A stretch of 64,000 nucleotides of DNA from Planctomycetota bacterium (GTDB lineage: Bacteria > Planctomycetota > UBA1135 > UBA2386). A program made the position numbers and the translations under genes. The stretch spans positions 3,680,001 to 3,744,000 of the forward strand of contig OZ245838.1 of the NCBI GenBank assembly GCA_965228735.1, read 5' to 3'. Below, piece by piece: positions 30,208 to 39,911 of this stretch. Within the stretch, counting starts at the first letter, position 1; the number at the start of each line of letters is the position of its first letter. The notes beneath the pieces are model-generated. The model saw only the letters and a program-made list of their open reading frames with translations. It made no database searches and was not told the DNA's origin.

Positions 30208-31454
30208 GGCCGGAACGACCGCCCGGAGGTGAGGCAGTCGGCCAGCCGCCGATAGACCCGTCGCAGCGCGTCACGATCGAAGTCCTTGCCAAGCGCGCGC
30301 AAGATGCGCTGCGCGAGCGTGCCCTCGCGGGCGATCAGCTGCAGGTGGGCCTGCTGGGTCTTGCTGCCGTCGAAGCACTGCTCGACGAGCCGGTCCCAGA
30401 GCTGCCCCGCGGTCTGCACCTCGCCCGGGTCGGCGCCGAACGCCGCGACGTACTTGCGCGACAACGCCGCCCGCGGCCCGGACTCGAGTCCGCGATCGAG
30501 CAGCGTCACGAGCTCCTCGGACGGCCACTCGCGTTGCGCGTCATGGTGAGCCCAGCGCTCCTCGACCAGCGCATGAACGACGCCGGCCACGGCGCCGCAC
30601 ACGGCGAGGTCGGCGTACGGGCACTCCTGCGCGTCGATCAGCCGGATCTCGATCGCCATGCGATCGAACCGCGCGATCGCGCCGCGCGCGTTCGTGAACT
30701 CCTGGTCCAACAGCTCCGGCGCGGCGTCGAGGGTCCGCAACTCGGCTGCGATCGGCGCGAGCACCTCACGGCGGTAGCCATCGAAGTCGTAGATCGGCTC
30801 CGGGATCACGTCGCCTGCCATCGAACGGCAGCGTGCCGAGTTGCTGCGGTAGAACGCCAGCCGATTGTCGAGGCGACCGCTCGCGGCGCCCTCGACGATC
30901 GGAGAACTCGCGGCGATCGCGGGGATCAACGGCAACACCATTCGAACGGCGGCGAGCAGGCGCGCGAATTCGTGTTCGTCCCGGAACGGCAGGTTGAGAT
31001 GCACGCTCTGGACGTTCGCCCAACCGTGACGGCGGCAGTCGAACAGCGCGTCGTAGGCTCGGTAGATCGGACCCGACTCGTGCGGCCAGATCCGGGTCTC
31101 GGTCGCGGGCTGCATCCACGGGTGCATCCCACCCGGCAGCAGGCGCGCGCCGTGCGGACGCACGGCGTCGGCAAGTCGCTGGATGCCGCGCTCGAACGGC
31201 AGGACCAGGCCGCCGAGCTTGCTGGCCGGGACCGGGTTCTTGAGTTCGACGACATGGCTCACGAGCTCGTTCGAGAACCCGATCTCGTCACCGTCGACGT
31301 CCTCGATCCAGGGATCGTCGTCGCCGGTCGCGCCCCCGAGATCGCGGAGAACGACGTCGGCGATCGATCGGACGTCCAACGTCTCGGCGTCGACGATCAT
31401 GACCTCGATCTCGATGCCCCAGACCTCGAACAACGAGTAGGTGCGAGCGCTCAC
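30204..31454 (-). CDS. Glutamate-cysteine ligase family 2 (GCS2/YbdK-like carboxylate-amine ligase)
   Basis: WGIEIEVMIVD, SNELVSHVVELK, GGMHPWM, HGWANVQSVHLNLPF, ASSP, NARGAIARFDRMAIEIR. GTG start at 31454 overlaps the upstream stop. Confidence 0.88.
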   Translation of the reverse strand: MSARTYSLFEVWGIEIEVMIVDAETLDVRSIADVVLRDLGGATGDDDPWIEDVDGDEIGFSNELVSHVVELKNPVPASKLGGLVLPFERGIQRLADAVRPHGARLLPGGMHPWMQPATETRIWPHESGPIYRAYDALFDCRRHGWANVQSVHLNLPFRDEHEFARLLAAVRMVLPLIPAIAASSPIVEGAASGRLDNRLAFYRSNSARCRSMAGDVIPEPIYDFDGYRREVLAPIAAELRTLDAAPELLDQEFTNARGAIARFDRMAIEIRLIDAQECPYADLAVCGAVAGVVHALVEERWAHHDAQREWPSEELVTLLDRGLESGPRAALSRKYVAAFGADPGEVQTAGQLWDRLVEQCFDGSKTQQAHLQLIAREGTLAQRILRALGKDFDRDALRRVYRRLADCLTSGRSFRP

Positions 31455-32920
31455 GACAGGTCTCCCTGGCGGTAGCTCAAACGGCGAAGGAACACCTGCA
31501 TGATGCGGTTGTAGAGCTCGCCCTTGAGGATCGCGTCCTCGCAGCCGGCGTCGATATTGGGGTTGTCGTTGACCTCGGTCACGACGACCCGGCGGCCGGC
31601 CGACTTGAGATCGACACCGTACAACCCGTCGCCGATGGCCGACGCCGCCCGAACCGCGTTGCGGACGACGGCGGCTGGAACGTCCTCGAGTTCGACCGGC
31701 TCGACCTTGCCGAACCGGAACCGACCACCCTGGGTGCGTTTGACGATCTGCCAATGACCACCGGCCATGTGGTAGCGGCAGGCATACAGCGGCTCGCCGT
31801 CGATGACGCCGATGCGCCAGTCGAAGTCGGTCGGCATGAACTCCTGCAGCAGGAGCAGGTCGGAGTCGGCGAGCATGCGTCCGGCCTCGGCCTCGAGTTC
31901 GGCGCGATCGCGGCACTTGACCACGCCGCGGGAGAACGAGCTGTCGGGCGACTTGAGAACGCACGGAAAGCCGAGCTCGCGCTCGACGAAGTCGGCGTCC
32001 ACCGGGCCGGAGACGAGGGTCCGAGGAGTGGGCACGCCGAGCCGGGCCAGCGCTTCGGCCTGATACACCTTGTTCGTGCAGCGCAGTATCGACGTCGGAT
32101 CGTCCATCACGACCGCCCCTTGCGTCTCGGCACGCTGCGCGAATCGAAAGGTGTGGTGGTCCACGGCGGTCGTCTCACGGATGAACAGGGCGTCGAACTC
32201 GCCGAGGCGACCGTAGTCCTCGCGCCGGATGCGCTCGACGTCGAAGCCGACACTCCGGGCCGCCCGCTCGAACCGCTCGAGCGCGACCGGATCGGACGGC
32301 GCCGGATCCTCGTCGGGATCGTGCAGGATCGCGAGATCGTAGAGCGCCGGGCGCCTCGCCTTCTGCGGCGCACTGCGGCGACCGAGGTAGTCCCGCGCCG
32401 CCGACGCCACGAACTCACGGTGTGACACGGGCACGTCCGGGAACGCGATCGGGTTGACGCGGGTCATCTTCCAGCGGTCGTCGCGATCGCGGCGGAAGTT
32501 GGCGCGCTGCAGCGGCGCCTGGAACGACGAGAACAACCGGTTGGCGAGGCGGGCGTGCCGGCTCGCCAGGTTCTTGCCGAAGTAGACGCTGAGCTCGAAC
32601 TCGCCAGCCTCGATCTCCCGCAGCGACTTCTGGATCAGGGAGTCGAGTTCCTCGTCGATCGTGCGCACGAAGTGTCGGCTCTTCATGTCGAGCACGGCCT
32701 TGAGATCGGGGAACGGCCGGTGGCCGCGCGCTGTGGCCAGCAACGACACGTAGTAGCCCTCGCTCTGATACCGGTACGACCGGCAGAGATTCACGACGCG
32801 CAGGCTCCGCTCGCTGATCCACGCCGGGTCGGTCAGGTAGACCGAAGCGGGGACGACCTCGACCCCGGACGTGTCGAGCGGCCAGTCGTCGAGCCCGTGG
32901 CACACGACAATCGAACGCAT
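31451..32920 (-). CDS. RimK-like ATP-grasp ligase with N-terminal RLAN domain
   Basis: VVNLCRSYRYQSEGYYVSLLA.ARGH (RLAN); DALFIRETT, CTNKVY, PCVLKSPDSSFSRGV, QEFMPT.FDWRIG, YGVDLK, EVNDNP. Confidence 0.92.
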   Translation of the reverse strand: MRSIVVCHGLDDWPLDTSGVEVVPASVYLTDPAWISERSLRVVNLCRSYRYQSEGYYVSLLATARGHRPFPDLKAVLDMKSRHFVRTIDEELDSLIQKSLREIEAGEFELSVYFGKNLASRHARLANRLFSSFQAPLQRANFRRDRDDRWKMTRVNPIAFPDVPVSHREFVASAARDYLGRRSAPQKARRPALYDLAILHDPDEDPAPSDPVALERFERAARSVGFDVERIRREDYGRLGEFDALFIRETTAVDHHTFRFAQRAETQGAVVMDDPTSILRCTNKVYQAEALARLGVPTPRTLVSGPVDADFVERELGFPCVLKSPDSSFSRGVVKCRDRAELEAEAGRMLADSDLLLLQEFMPTDFDWRIGVIDGEPLYACRYHMAGGHWQIVKRTQGGRFRFGKVEPVELEDVPAAVVRNAVRAASAIGDGLYGVDLKSAGRRVVVTEVNDNPNIDAGCEDAILKGELYNRIMQVFLRRLSYRQGDLS

Positions 32921-33666
32921 CAGCGGTCCTTGCCGCCGGCATCGCGGGCGGGCTCGATGAGGATGACGTTGGCGTCGTACGTGAGCACGCCGAGGTAGAT
33001 CGCGCCGATCAGGCGGTCGACCGGGACCGGGTAGGTGTGGTTCTCGGACAACGGATTCGGATGCATCGGGTCGGTGACGTAGACCTCGCGCTTCTTGCCG
33101 CGATAGCCGGTGAGCACGACGAAGTGGCCGACCGGATCACCGACGATATCGTCGGTGACGTCGTCGGTCGGGCGCTGCCGCGCTTCCCGATAGAGGAACG
33201 TCGCGGACAGCCCCGTCAGCACCGGCACCCCGCGGCGGAGCGTGTCACTCAACAGCCGAGGCGTGAGGTCGCGGAACTCGACCCGGCCGCCGCGATCGAG
33301 GAAGTCGGCGTATGCCCTGGCAGCCCCGTGCAACTTCTCGTCGGACCGGCGCGCCTCGGCGCGCCGCAGCAGGTTGTCCCGCAGCGGCGCAGCACCCGGC
33401 TGGAACCAGGTCGGATCGAACACCCGCAGGTTCCAGGTGACGATCTTCACGCGATAGCCGCGCGACAGCGCATCGGTCGCCAGCAGAACACCGAGCGTGC
33501 CGCCGTCCGGCAACGTCGGCACGCGCGCCGCGATCGTCTGCAACGAACCCTCGTCGCCGTAGTGGCGGTAGACCGCGTGCAGGCAGGTCGGGCCACACGT
33601 GGTGTCGTCCGGCTGCCGCCGGATCTCGAAGGGCAGCAACCGGGTGTCCGGAGTCGTTGACGCCAT
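32920..33666 (-). CDS. Papain-like C39-type cysteine peptidase
   Basis: QPDDTTCGPTCL (Gln oxyanion plus catalytic Cys), GHFVVL (His), VYVTDP (Asp). Start at ATG 33666. Confidence 0.85.
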   Translation of the reverse strand: MASTTPDTRLLPFEIRRQPDDTTCGPTCLHAVYRHYGDEGSLQTIAARVPTLPDGGTLGVLLATDALSRGYRVKIVTWNLRVFDPTWFQPGAAPLRDNLLRRAEARRSDEKLHGAARAYADFLDRGGRVEFRDLTPRLLSDTLRRGVPVLTGLSATFLYREARQRPTDDVTDDIVGDPVGHFVVLTGYRGKKREVYVTDPMHPNPLSENHTYPVPVDRLIGAIYLGVLTYDANVILIEPARDAGGKDR

Positions 33667-33855
33667 GGCCAGTTCCTCGATCGGCAATCGTAGAGCCGCG
33701 GTCGGCTCGGGCCGAGCGGTATGCTCCAGTTGCCAGGTCGTCGGACCGGATCCGTTTCGGCGCAGCCCGGCCAGCACGAGCGGGCCGGGCGAAGGGTCGG
33801 ATCACGGGAGCGGGCGCGCGTATGTAGGTGCCAGCACCCCGCGAATCCAGTGCCT

Positions 33856-33881
33856 GCCCGGGCCTATTTCAGGGCCCGGGC
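33856..33881 (-). terminator. GC hairpin directly after the TlpA-like gene; possible terminator
   Basis: GCCCGGGCC-N8-GGCCCGGGC, 7 nt past the stop codon; no clear U-tract. Confidence 0.4.
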
Positions 33882-33888
33882 GGCGAGC

Positions 33889-34962
33889 CTACTCGCCCTT
33901 CATCGCGGCCAGCAGCTCACGGACGACGTCGGTCGCCTGGTTGCCGTTGTGGCCGCGGTAGCGGATCTTGAAGTCCTTGTCGAGCACGACGATCGTCGGC
34001 CAGCCGCGCACGGCCCAGTCCTCCGAGATCTTGCGCTCGCGACCGGGCTGAACGTTCTGGAAGCTGCGCCAGTTGAGCTCGTTCTCGGCGATGGCCTTCT
34101 TCGCGCGTTCGACGGTCTGGTCACTGTTCACGCCGATCAGCGCGAACGGTTCGTCCTGCAACTCTTCCACGAGCGACCGCTCGTGCGGGTACATGGCCCG
34201 GCAAGGGCCTCACCAGTCGCCCCAGAAGTCGAGGAAGACGACCTTGCCCTTGTAGTCGCTGAGCTTGAACTTCACGCCGTCGAGGTCGACGCCGGCGATG
34301 TCGGGCGCCTCACTGCCGATGCCGAACTTCTCGGTCTCGGTCGTGAGCTGCTCGAACTGCTGCCGAATGCGCGGGTCGTCGCCCTTCTCGAGCGCCGCGA
34401 GCATCTTCGCCTTGGCCTTGCTGTAGGCGCGCAGCTGCTCCTCGGCTTCCATCCACGTGAGCCACGTCATGAGGCGCGGGTTCTCGCTGCCCGCCTTGAT
34501 CTTGGCCACGATCTCGTCGCGGTAGTCCGCGCCGACCATGCGTTCGAGCCGCGGCAGGAAACTGCCGATCAGCCAGATGTCCTCGTCGTCGAGGTGCTCG
34601 TTCACGAGGATGTCGAGGACCTCCCGGTAGTGCTCCGGCTTGCTGCTGTAGTTGAGCGCCGGCACGAGAAAGCGAACGGCGGCGTCGGGATACGTCTCGG
34701 CCCCGGCGAGGAACTCACCACGCAGCGGCGAGAAGTCCGGCCGCATCGCGATCGCCTTGACCGGCTTGCCGGGCTCGGCGTTCTTCGATGCTTCGGAGGC
34801 CTTTTTGATGTCCTCCCGCCATTGTTTGATGATCTTGCCCCGCTTGCTCTCGAGCTCCTGCAGGTGCGCATCCGCGCTCTTCTTCGCGCCAGGATCGTCC
34901 TGGGCGGGCAGGCAGCCGAGGATCAGCGCGGCGGAGAGCCACGTGAGTGTTCGGTTCATCAC
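33889..34962 (-). CDS. TlpA/redoxin-family thiol-disulfide oxidoreductase, probable selenoprotein (WUGPC)
   Basis: ORFs 34210..34962 and 33889..34194 are in the same frame and joined by TGA(34210-12) GGC CCT TGC CGG GCC, giving ...APDIAGVDLDG..FKLSDYKGKVVFLDFWGDW-U-GPCRAMYPHERSL...GVNSD...WAVRGWPTIVVLD. N-terminal signal/lipobox ILGC. 357 aa from GTG 34962 (ATG alternative at 34959). Confidence 0.9.
34168..34209 (-). promoter_or_regulatory. Candidate bacterial SECIS hairpin(s)
   Basis: GGCCC-UUGCC-GGGCC immediately after the UGA, then CACGAGC-GGUC-GCUCGUG with a G-initiated loop starting 32 nt after UGA. Confidence 0.55.
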
Positions 34963-35071
34963 GGCAGTGTCGCCGGGCCGAGAGCCGGCGGCAACTCAGA
35001 CCCGCTGCAAGACGGCTTCGTGACACGCGGCGCGACGCAATCGGGGCCGAGAACCAGCGCGCCCACCGGCC

Positions 35072-37312
35072 TCACTGCCGCCGCGCCGCGACGTACTGCA
35101 CCGGCCACGCCTGGCTCGCGATCCGGCGCTCGTTGGCCGCCCGCAGCGTCATGCTGCCGTCCTCGAGGTGACCGCGCGCGATCGCGCAGAGGTCGGCGCG
35201 GCCCGCCGCGATGATCGTGTCGACGTGGTCGATGCTCTGGATCGCGCCGACGGCCATGACCGGCACATTGGCCTCGAGCCGGATGCGTTCGGCGAACGGC
35301 ACCTGATACATCCGCCCGTAGACCGGCTCGGACTCGGGCGCGTTACCGGCGGAGCTCACGTCGATCACGTCGCAGCCGCGTTCTTTGAGCCAGCCCGCGA
35401 CGACGACGGCCTCGTCGATCGTGAAACCGCGGCCCTCGTCCTCGAGCCAGTCGCTCGCCGAGATGCGCACGAACAGCGGCTTGTCGTCGGGCCACGCGGC
35501 TCGCACGGCCTCGAGCACCTCGAGCGGGTAGCGCGCCCGATTCGCGAGCTCGCCGCCGTAGTCGTCGTCGCGGTGGTTGCTCAGCGGCGACAGGAAGCTC
35601 GACAGCAGATAGCCGTGCGCCATGTGCAGCTCGATCAGGTCGAACCCGGCACGATCGCAACGCTGCGCGGCTGCGACGAACGCGTCCCGCACGCGATCCA
35701 TGTCGGCGCGCGCCATCGCGCGCGGCGTCGGCCAGCCGGCATCGAACGGCACCGCGGACGGACCGATGCTCGGCCACGCACCCTCGGTCAGCGGCGCGTC
35801 GCCCTCCCACGGCAGGCTGCACGACGCCTTGCGACCCGCGTGCGCGAGCTGCATGCCGATCTTGCTGCCGGAGTGGCCGTGGACGAACTGGACGATCCGC
35901 CGCCACGCCGCTTCCTGCTCGTCGCTCCACATGCCGGCGCAGCCATACGTGATGCGACCGTCCGCCTCGACGTTGGTCATCTCCGTCATCACGAGGCCCG
36001 CGCCGCCCGTCGCGCGGCCGCCGAGATGCACGAGGTGCCAGTCGTTCGGCACGCCATCCGTCGCCGAGTACTGGCACATCGGTGACACCACGACGCGGTT
36101 CGGCAGCGTGCAGCCGCGCACCACGAACGGCAGGAACCCGGGCGGTGTCGCCGCCGCGATCTCCGCTCCCGCGGCCTCTTCCCGCTGCACGGCCGCGTCG
36201 ACGCGTTCGACCAGCGCCGGGTCGCGCAGCCGCAGATTGCCGTAGGTGATCCGCTTGCTGCGCGTCATGAGGTTGAACACGAAGCGCTCCGGGTCCTGAC
36301 CGAGGTAGCGCGCGCTGTTCTCGAACCACTCGAGGCTCGTCTGCGCGGCCTTCTGCGTCTTCGCGACGTCGACCCAGCGCCCGTCCTCGTAGGCGGCGAG
36401 CCCGGCGGCGACATCGCCCGCATGCTCCGTCAGCGCGTCGACGAGCGCGATCGCATCCTCCATCGCGAGCTTGGTGCCGGAGCCGATCGAGAAGTGGGCC
36501 GTATGCGCGGCGTCGCCGACCAGCACGACGTTGCCGTGCCGCCACGACTCGCACTTCACCGTCGGGAACGTGCGCCAGATCGACCGGTTGGTCAGCAGCT
36601 CCTCGCCCTCGAGGTGCTCGGCGAACAGCTGCTTGCAGAACGCCGCGGACTGCGCCTCGTCGAGCTGGTCCAGCCCCGCGCGCCGCCAGGTGTCCTCGTG
36701 GCACTCGACGATCCACGTGCCCCGCCCCTCCTCGAACGGATACGCGTGCACCTGGAACAGCCCCCACTCCGTCTCCGTGAAGACGAACGTGAACGCCGTC
36801 ATCTTCTTGGTCGTGCCGAACCACGCGAACTTGCACTTGCGCCAATCCAGCGTCGGCCGGAACGAGCCCGCGAAGTGCTGCCGCACGCGACTGTTCACGC
36901 CGTCCGCGGCGACGACGAGGTCGTGCTGCGAGGCGAGCGCATCGATGTCATCCACGGTGTGCTCGAAGTGCAGCCCGACGCCGAGCTCGCGGCACCGCGC
37001 CTGCAGGATCAAGAGCAGCTCCTTGCGCGCGAGGCCGCAGAAGCCGTGCCCGGTGCTCGTGACCTTGGTATCGCGATAGAACGTGTCGATGTCGGTCCAG
37101 TAGGCGAACCGCGACTCGATCGCGGCGAAGCTCTCGGGATCCCGGAGCTTGAAGTTGCCGAGCGTCTCGTCGGAGAAGACCACGCCCCAACCGAACGTGT
37201 CGTCGGCCCGGTTCTGCTCGTAGACGTCGATCTCGGCATCCGGCGCGCGCTGCTTGAACAGCAGCGCGAAGTAGAGGGACGCCGGCCCGCCGCCGATGCA
37301 CGCGATCTTCAT
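35072..37312 (-). CDS. Bifunctional salicylyl-CoA 5-hydroxylase / anthraniloyl-CoA monooxygenase-reductase (FAD monooxygenase plus Old Yellow Enzyme domain)
   Basis: IACIGGGPA, DTFGWGVVFSD, GDAAHTAHFSIGSGTKLAMED; C-terminal NRVVVSPMCQYSA, QLAHAGRK, ELHMAHGYLLSSFLSP. Confidence 0.93.
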   Translation of the reverse strand: MKIACIGGGPASLYFALLFKQRAPDAEIDVYEQNRADDTFGWGVVFSDETLGNFKLRDPESFAAIESRFAYWTDIDTFYRDTKVTSTGHGFCGLARKELLLILQARCRELGVGLHFEHTVDDIDALASQHDLVVAADGVNSRVRQHFAGSFRPTLDWRKCKFAWFGTTKKMTAFTFVFTETEWGLFQVHAYPFEEGRGTWIVECHEDTWRRAGLDQLDEAQSAAFCKQLFAEHLEGEELLTNRSIWRTFPTVKCESWRHGNVVLVGDAAHTAHFSIGSGTKLAMEDAIALVDALTEHAGDVAAGLAAYEDGRWVDVAKTQKAAQTSLEWFENSARYLGQDPERFVFNLMTRSKRITYGNLRLRDPALVERVDAAVQREEAAGAEIAAATPPGFLPFVVRGCTLPNRVVVSPMCQYSATDGVPNDWHLVHLGGRATGGAGLVMTEMTNVEADGRITYGCAGMWSDEQEAAWRRIVQFVHGHSGSKIGMQLAHAGRKASCSLPWEGDAPLTEGAWPSIGPSAVPFDAGWPTPRAMARADMDRVRDAFVAAAQRCDRAGFDLIELHMAHGYLLSSFLSPLSNHRDDDYGGELANRARYPLEVLEAVRAAWPDDKPLFVRISASDWLEDEGRGFTIDEAVVVAGWLKERGCDVIDVSSAGNAPESEPVYGRMYQVPFAERIRLEANVPVMAVGAIQSIDHVDTIIAAGRADLCAIARGHLEDGSMTLRAANERRIASQAWPVQYVAARRQ

Positions 37313-37386
37313 GGCGTGAGCGTAGCGGGACGGCCGGGCCGATCGAAACGCCGTGCGCGGAGTGACCCCGGCGCTACGCTCGCCGC

Positions 37387-37968
37387 ATGCGAGCCTGGAT
37401 GCTACGTGTCACCCGCACAGCGGCACTCGCCGTCCTCGCGCTCGCCGCGAGCTGCGCGTCGTTCGAGTCCGGCGAACTGCCCCTGTTGGAGAACTGGCCG
37501 CCGCCCGCCAGCGCTGCGCCGACGGCCTTGACGCTCGAGTTCCACGGCATGCCGACGAAGTTCGAGGCCGGATGGGAACGGGTGATGACCGCGACCCTCC
37601 TCGACTCACGACGATTCTCGACGGTGGCCGCGGCCGAAGCCGGCGCATCCGCCGCCGATCGCCACCTGCGCATCGACGTCACGCACACCCGGCCCGACAT
37701 CCGTTGGACCCGCGCGTTCATGTTCCTGTGCGCGGCCACGGCCGGCATCCTGCCCGCGCGCGCGGCCAATGAGTTCGAACTCCGGGTCACGGTGATCGAC
37801 GGGCGCGGCATCGAACTCGGCACCATCGACCGCTCCGTCGGTACAGTGACGTGGGTCGGCTGGGTCTTCGTTCTCGCCCTGCCGTTCGCGGGCGCCGGCG
37901 TGACGCCGCTCATCGAGGACACGACGCGTTCGATCCTGCTCGAAGGGGTCGACCGCGGCTGGCTGTGA
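37387..37968 (+). CDS. Hypothetical lipoprotein
   Basis: LAASC lipobox; two internal hydrophobic segments. Confidence 0.65.
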   Translation: MRAWMLRVTRTAALAVLALAASCASFESGELPLLENWPPPASAAPTALTLEFHGMPTKFEAGWERVMTATLLDSRRFSTVAAAEAGASAADRHLRIDVTHTRPDIRWTRAFMFLCAATAGILPARAANEFELRVTVIDGRGIELGTIDRSVGTVTWVGWVFVLALPFAGAGVTPLIEDTTRSILLEGVDRGWL

Positions 37969-38001
37969 GACGTCGCTCCCGGCCGTCTCGCCCGCGGACC
38001 A

Positions 38002-39894
38002 TCAGCCGCGGCCGCGTTCCGGATCCGCCATGACCTCGGGCGCGATCGCCGCCGCGACCTCGTCGCTGTAGAGGTCGCGCTCCTGCAGCACCGCGGCGAC
38101 CGTGCGACCGGACGCCAGCGCTTCGGCGGCCACGCTCGTCGACACGTCGTAGCCGAGCACCGGCACGAGCGCGGTGACGAGGCCGATGCTGTTCTCGACG
38201 AACTCACGGCAGCGCTCGTCGTTGGCCGTGATCCCGGCGATGCAGTTCTCGCGCAACGTGTGCACCGCGTTGGCGAGGATCTTCAGCGACTCGAAGATGC
38301 TCGCCGCGATCACCGGCTCCATCACGTTGAGCTGCAGCTGGCCGGCCTCGGCCGCGAGCGTGACCGTGAGATCGTTGCCGATGACGCGGTAAGCGACCTG
38401 GTTGACGACCTCCGGGATCACGGGGTTGACCTTGCCCGGCATGATCGAGCTGCCCGGCTGCCGCGGCGGCAGGTTGATCTCACCGAGACCGGCGCGCGGA
38501 CCCGACGACAACAGGCGCAGGTCGTTGCAAACCTTGGACAGCTTGATCGCGAGGCTCTTCAGCGCCGAGCTGAACATCACGAACGCCTGCGTGTCCTGCG
38601 TCGCCTCGATCAAGTCCTTCGCGAGGCCGAGGTCGAGGCCCGTGATCGCGCGCAGGTGCTCGAGCGCCTTCTCGGGATAGCCGCGCGGCGCGTTGAGCCG
38701 GGTGCCGATCGCCGTGCCGCCGATGTTGAGCGTGCGCAGCTTGCCGCGCGCCGACTGCAGTTCTTCCAGCTCCTGCCGCAAGGTGCACGCGAACGCGGCG
38801 AACTCCTGCCCGAGCGTCATCGGCACCGCATCCTGCAGCTGGGTGCGGCCCATCTTGACGACGTCCTTGAACTCGGACGCCTTCAGCTCGCACGTCGCGA
38901 CGAGCCCGTCTACCGACTCGATCAGCCGCTCGCTGCTGAGGATCATCCCGAGCTTGAGCGCGCTCGGATAGACGTCGTTCGTCGACTGCGAGCAGTTGAC
39001 GTGGTTGTTGGGGTGACAGTGTTTGTAGTCGCCCTTCTCGTGCCCGAGGAGCTCGAGCGCGCGGTTGGCGATCACCTCGTTCACGTTCATGTTGGTCGAC
39101 GTGCCCGCACCGCCTTGCAGAACGTCCACGACGAAGTAGTCGTGCAGCTTGTCGGCCGCGATCTCGTCCGCCGCATCCGCGATCGCCTTGGCCCGACGCT
39201 CGTCGAGCACGCCGCAGTCGCGATTGGCCAATGCGCATGCCTTCTTCACCAGCGCGAGAGCGCGCACGAAGTTGGGATAGACGTGCAGGCGCACGCCGCC
39301 GATCTCGAAGTTGCCGAGCGCGCGCATCGTCTGCAGACCGAAGTAGGCCTCCGCCTGCACCTGCCCCTCGCCGAGCAGGTCCTTCTCGGTGCGCGTCCGC
39401 CCGGTCGAGAACCCGTGGGTCACGCCGCTCGTGCGGAACATCAGCTGGTCGTAGCGGCCGACGATCTCGTCGAGCAGGCTCGCGAGCATCCGCTTCTCCA
39501 ACCGGTCGTCGCCCGCGAACACCTCGGCGAGCTTGTCGCGCGTGAGGATCGCCACCTCGGCCGGCGTGATCGCGGTCGCGGTCGTCGAGTGCGTCGAACC
39601 CTCGATCAACATGCCCTCGCCGAGCAGGTCGCCGCGCAGCATCGTCGAAACCGAACGCGCCGTTCCCGTGACATCGAGGCGCGTGAGCGAGATGCGGCCA
39701 CGCAGCACCGCGATGAGCCGGACGCGCGGATCGCCCTCGGCGAACAGCACCTCGCCTTCGGCAAGCGTCTGCGTCTCGACGACCGCGAGCAACCGCTGCA
39801 CCTCTTCCGCCGTCAGGTTGCGGAAGATGTGCGACTGGCTCAGCAGGGCCGCCCAGTCGGAGTCGAAACGGCTCGGTTCTTCGATCGCGCTCAT
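38002..39894 (-). CDS. aspA: Aspartate ammonia-lyase with N-terminal cyclic-nucleotide-binding domain
   Basis: RTEKDLLG, QGGAGTSTNMNVNEV, HPNNHVNCSQSTND, KMGRTQLQDA, GSSIMPGKVNP. The first ~160 aa is a cNMP fold (IFRNL...LFAEGD...LLGE). Confidence 0.92.
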   Translation of the reverse strand: MSAIEEPSRFDSDWAALLSQSHIFRNLTAEEVQRLLAVVETQTLAEGEVLFAEGDPRVRLIAVLRGRISLTRLDVTGTARSVSTMLRGDLLGEGMLIEGSTHSTTATAITPAEVAILTRDKLAEVFAGDDRLEKRMLASLLDEIVGRYDQLMFRTSGVTHGFSTGRTRTEKDLLGEGQVQAEAYFGLQTMRALGNFEIGGVRLHVYPNFVRALALVKKACALANRDCGVLDERRAKAIADAADEIAADKLHDYFVVDVLQGGAGTSTNMNVNEVIANRALELLGHEKGDYKHCHPNNHVNCSQSTNDVYPSALKLGMILSSERLIESVDGLVATCELKASEFKDVVKMGRTQLQDAVPMTLGQEFAAFACTLRQELEELQSARGKLRTLNIGGTAIGTRLNAPRGYPEKALEHLRAITGLDLGLAKDLIEATQDTQAFVMFSSALKSLAIKLSKVCNDLRLLSSGPRAGLGEINLPPRQPGSSIMPGKVNPVIPEVVNQVAYRVIGNDLTVTLAAEAGQLQLNVMEPVIAASIFESLKILANAVHTLRENCIAGITANDERCREFVENSIGLVTALVPVLGYDVSTSVAAEALASGRTVAAVLQERDLYSDEVAAAIAPEVMADPERGRG

Positions 39895-39911
39895 GGGTGA
39901 CCTTGCTAGGG

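Noticed and set aside
33856..33881. 3'-UTR (archaeal-type) SECIS after the TlpA-like gene
   Set aside because: Simple GC hairpin with no counterpart after the HMA gene; an in-frame hairpin is already available.
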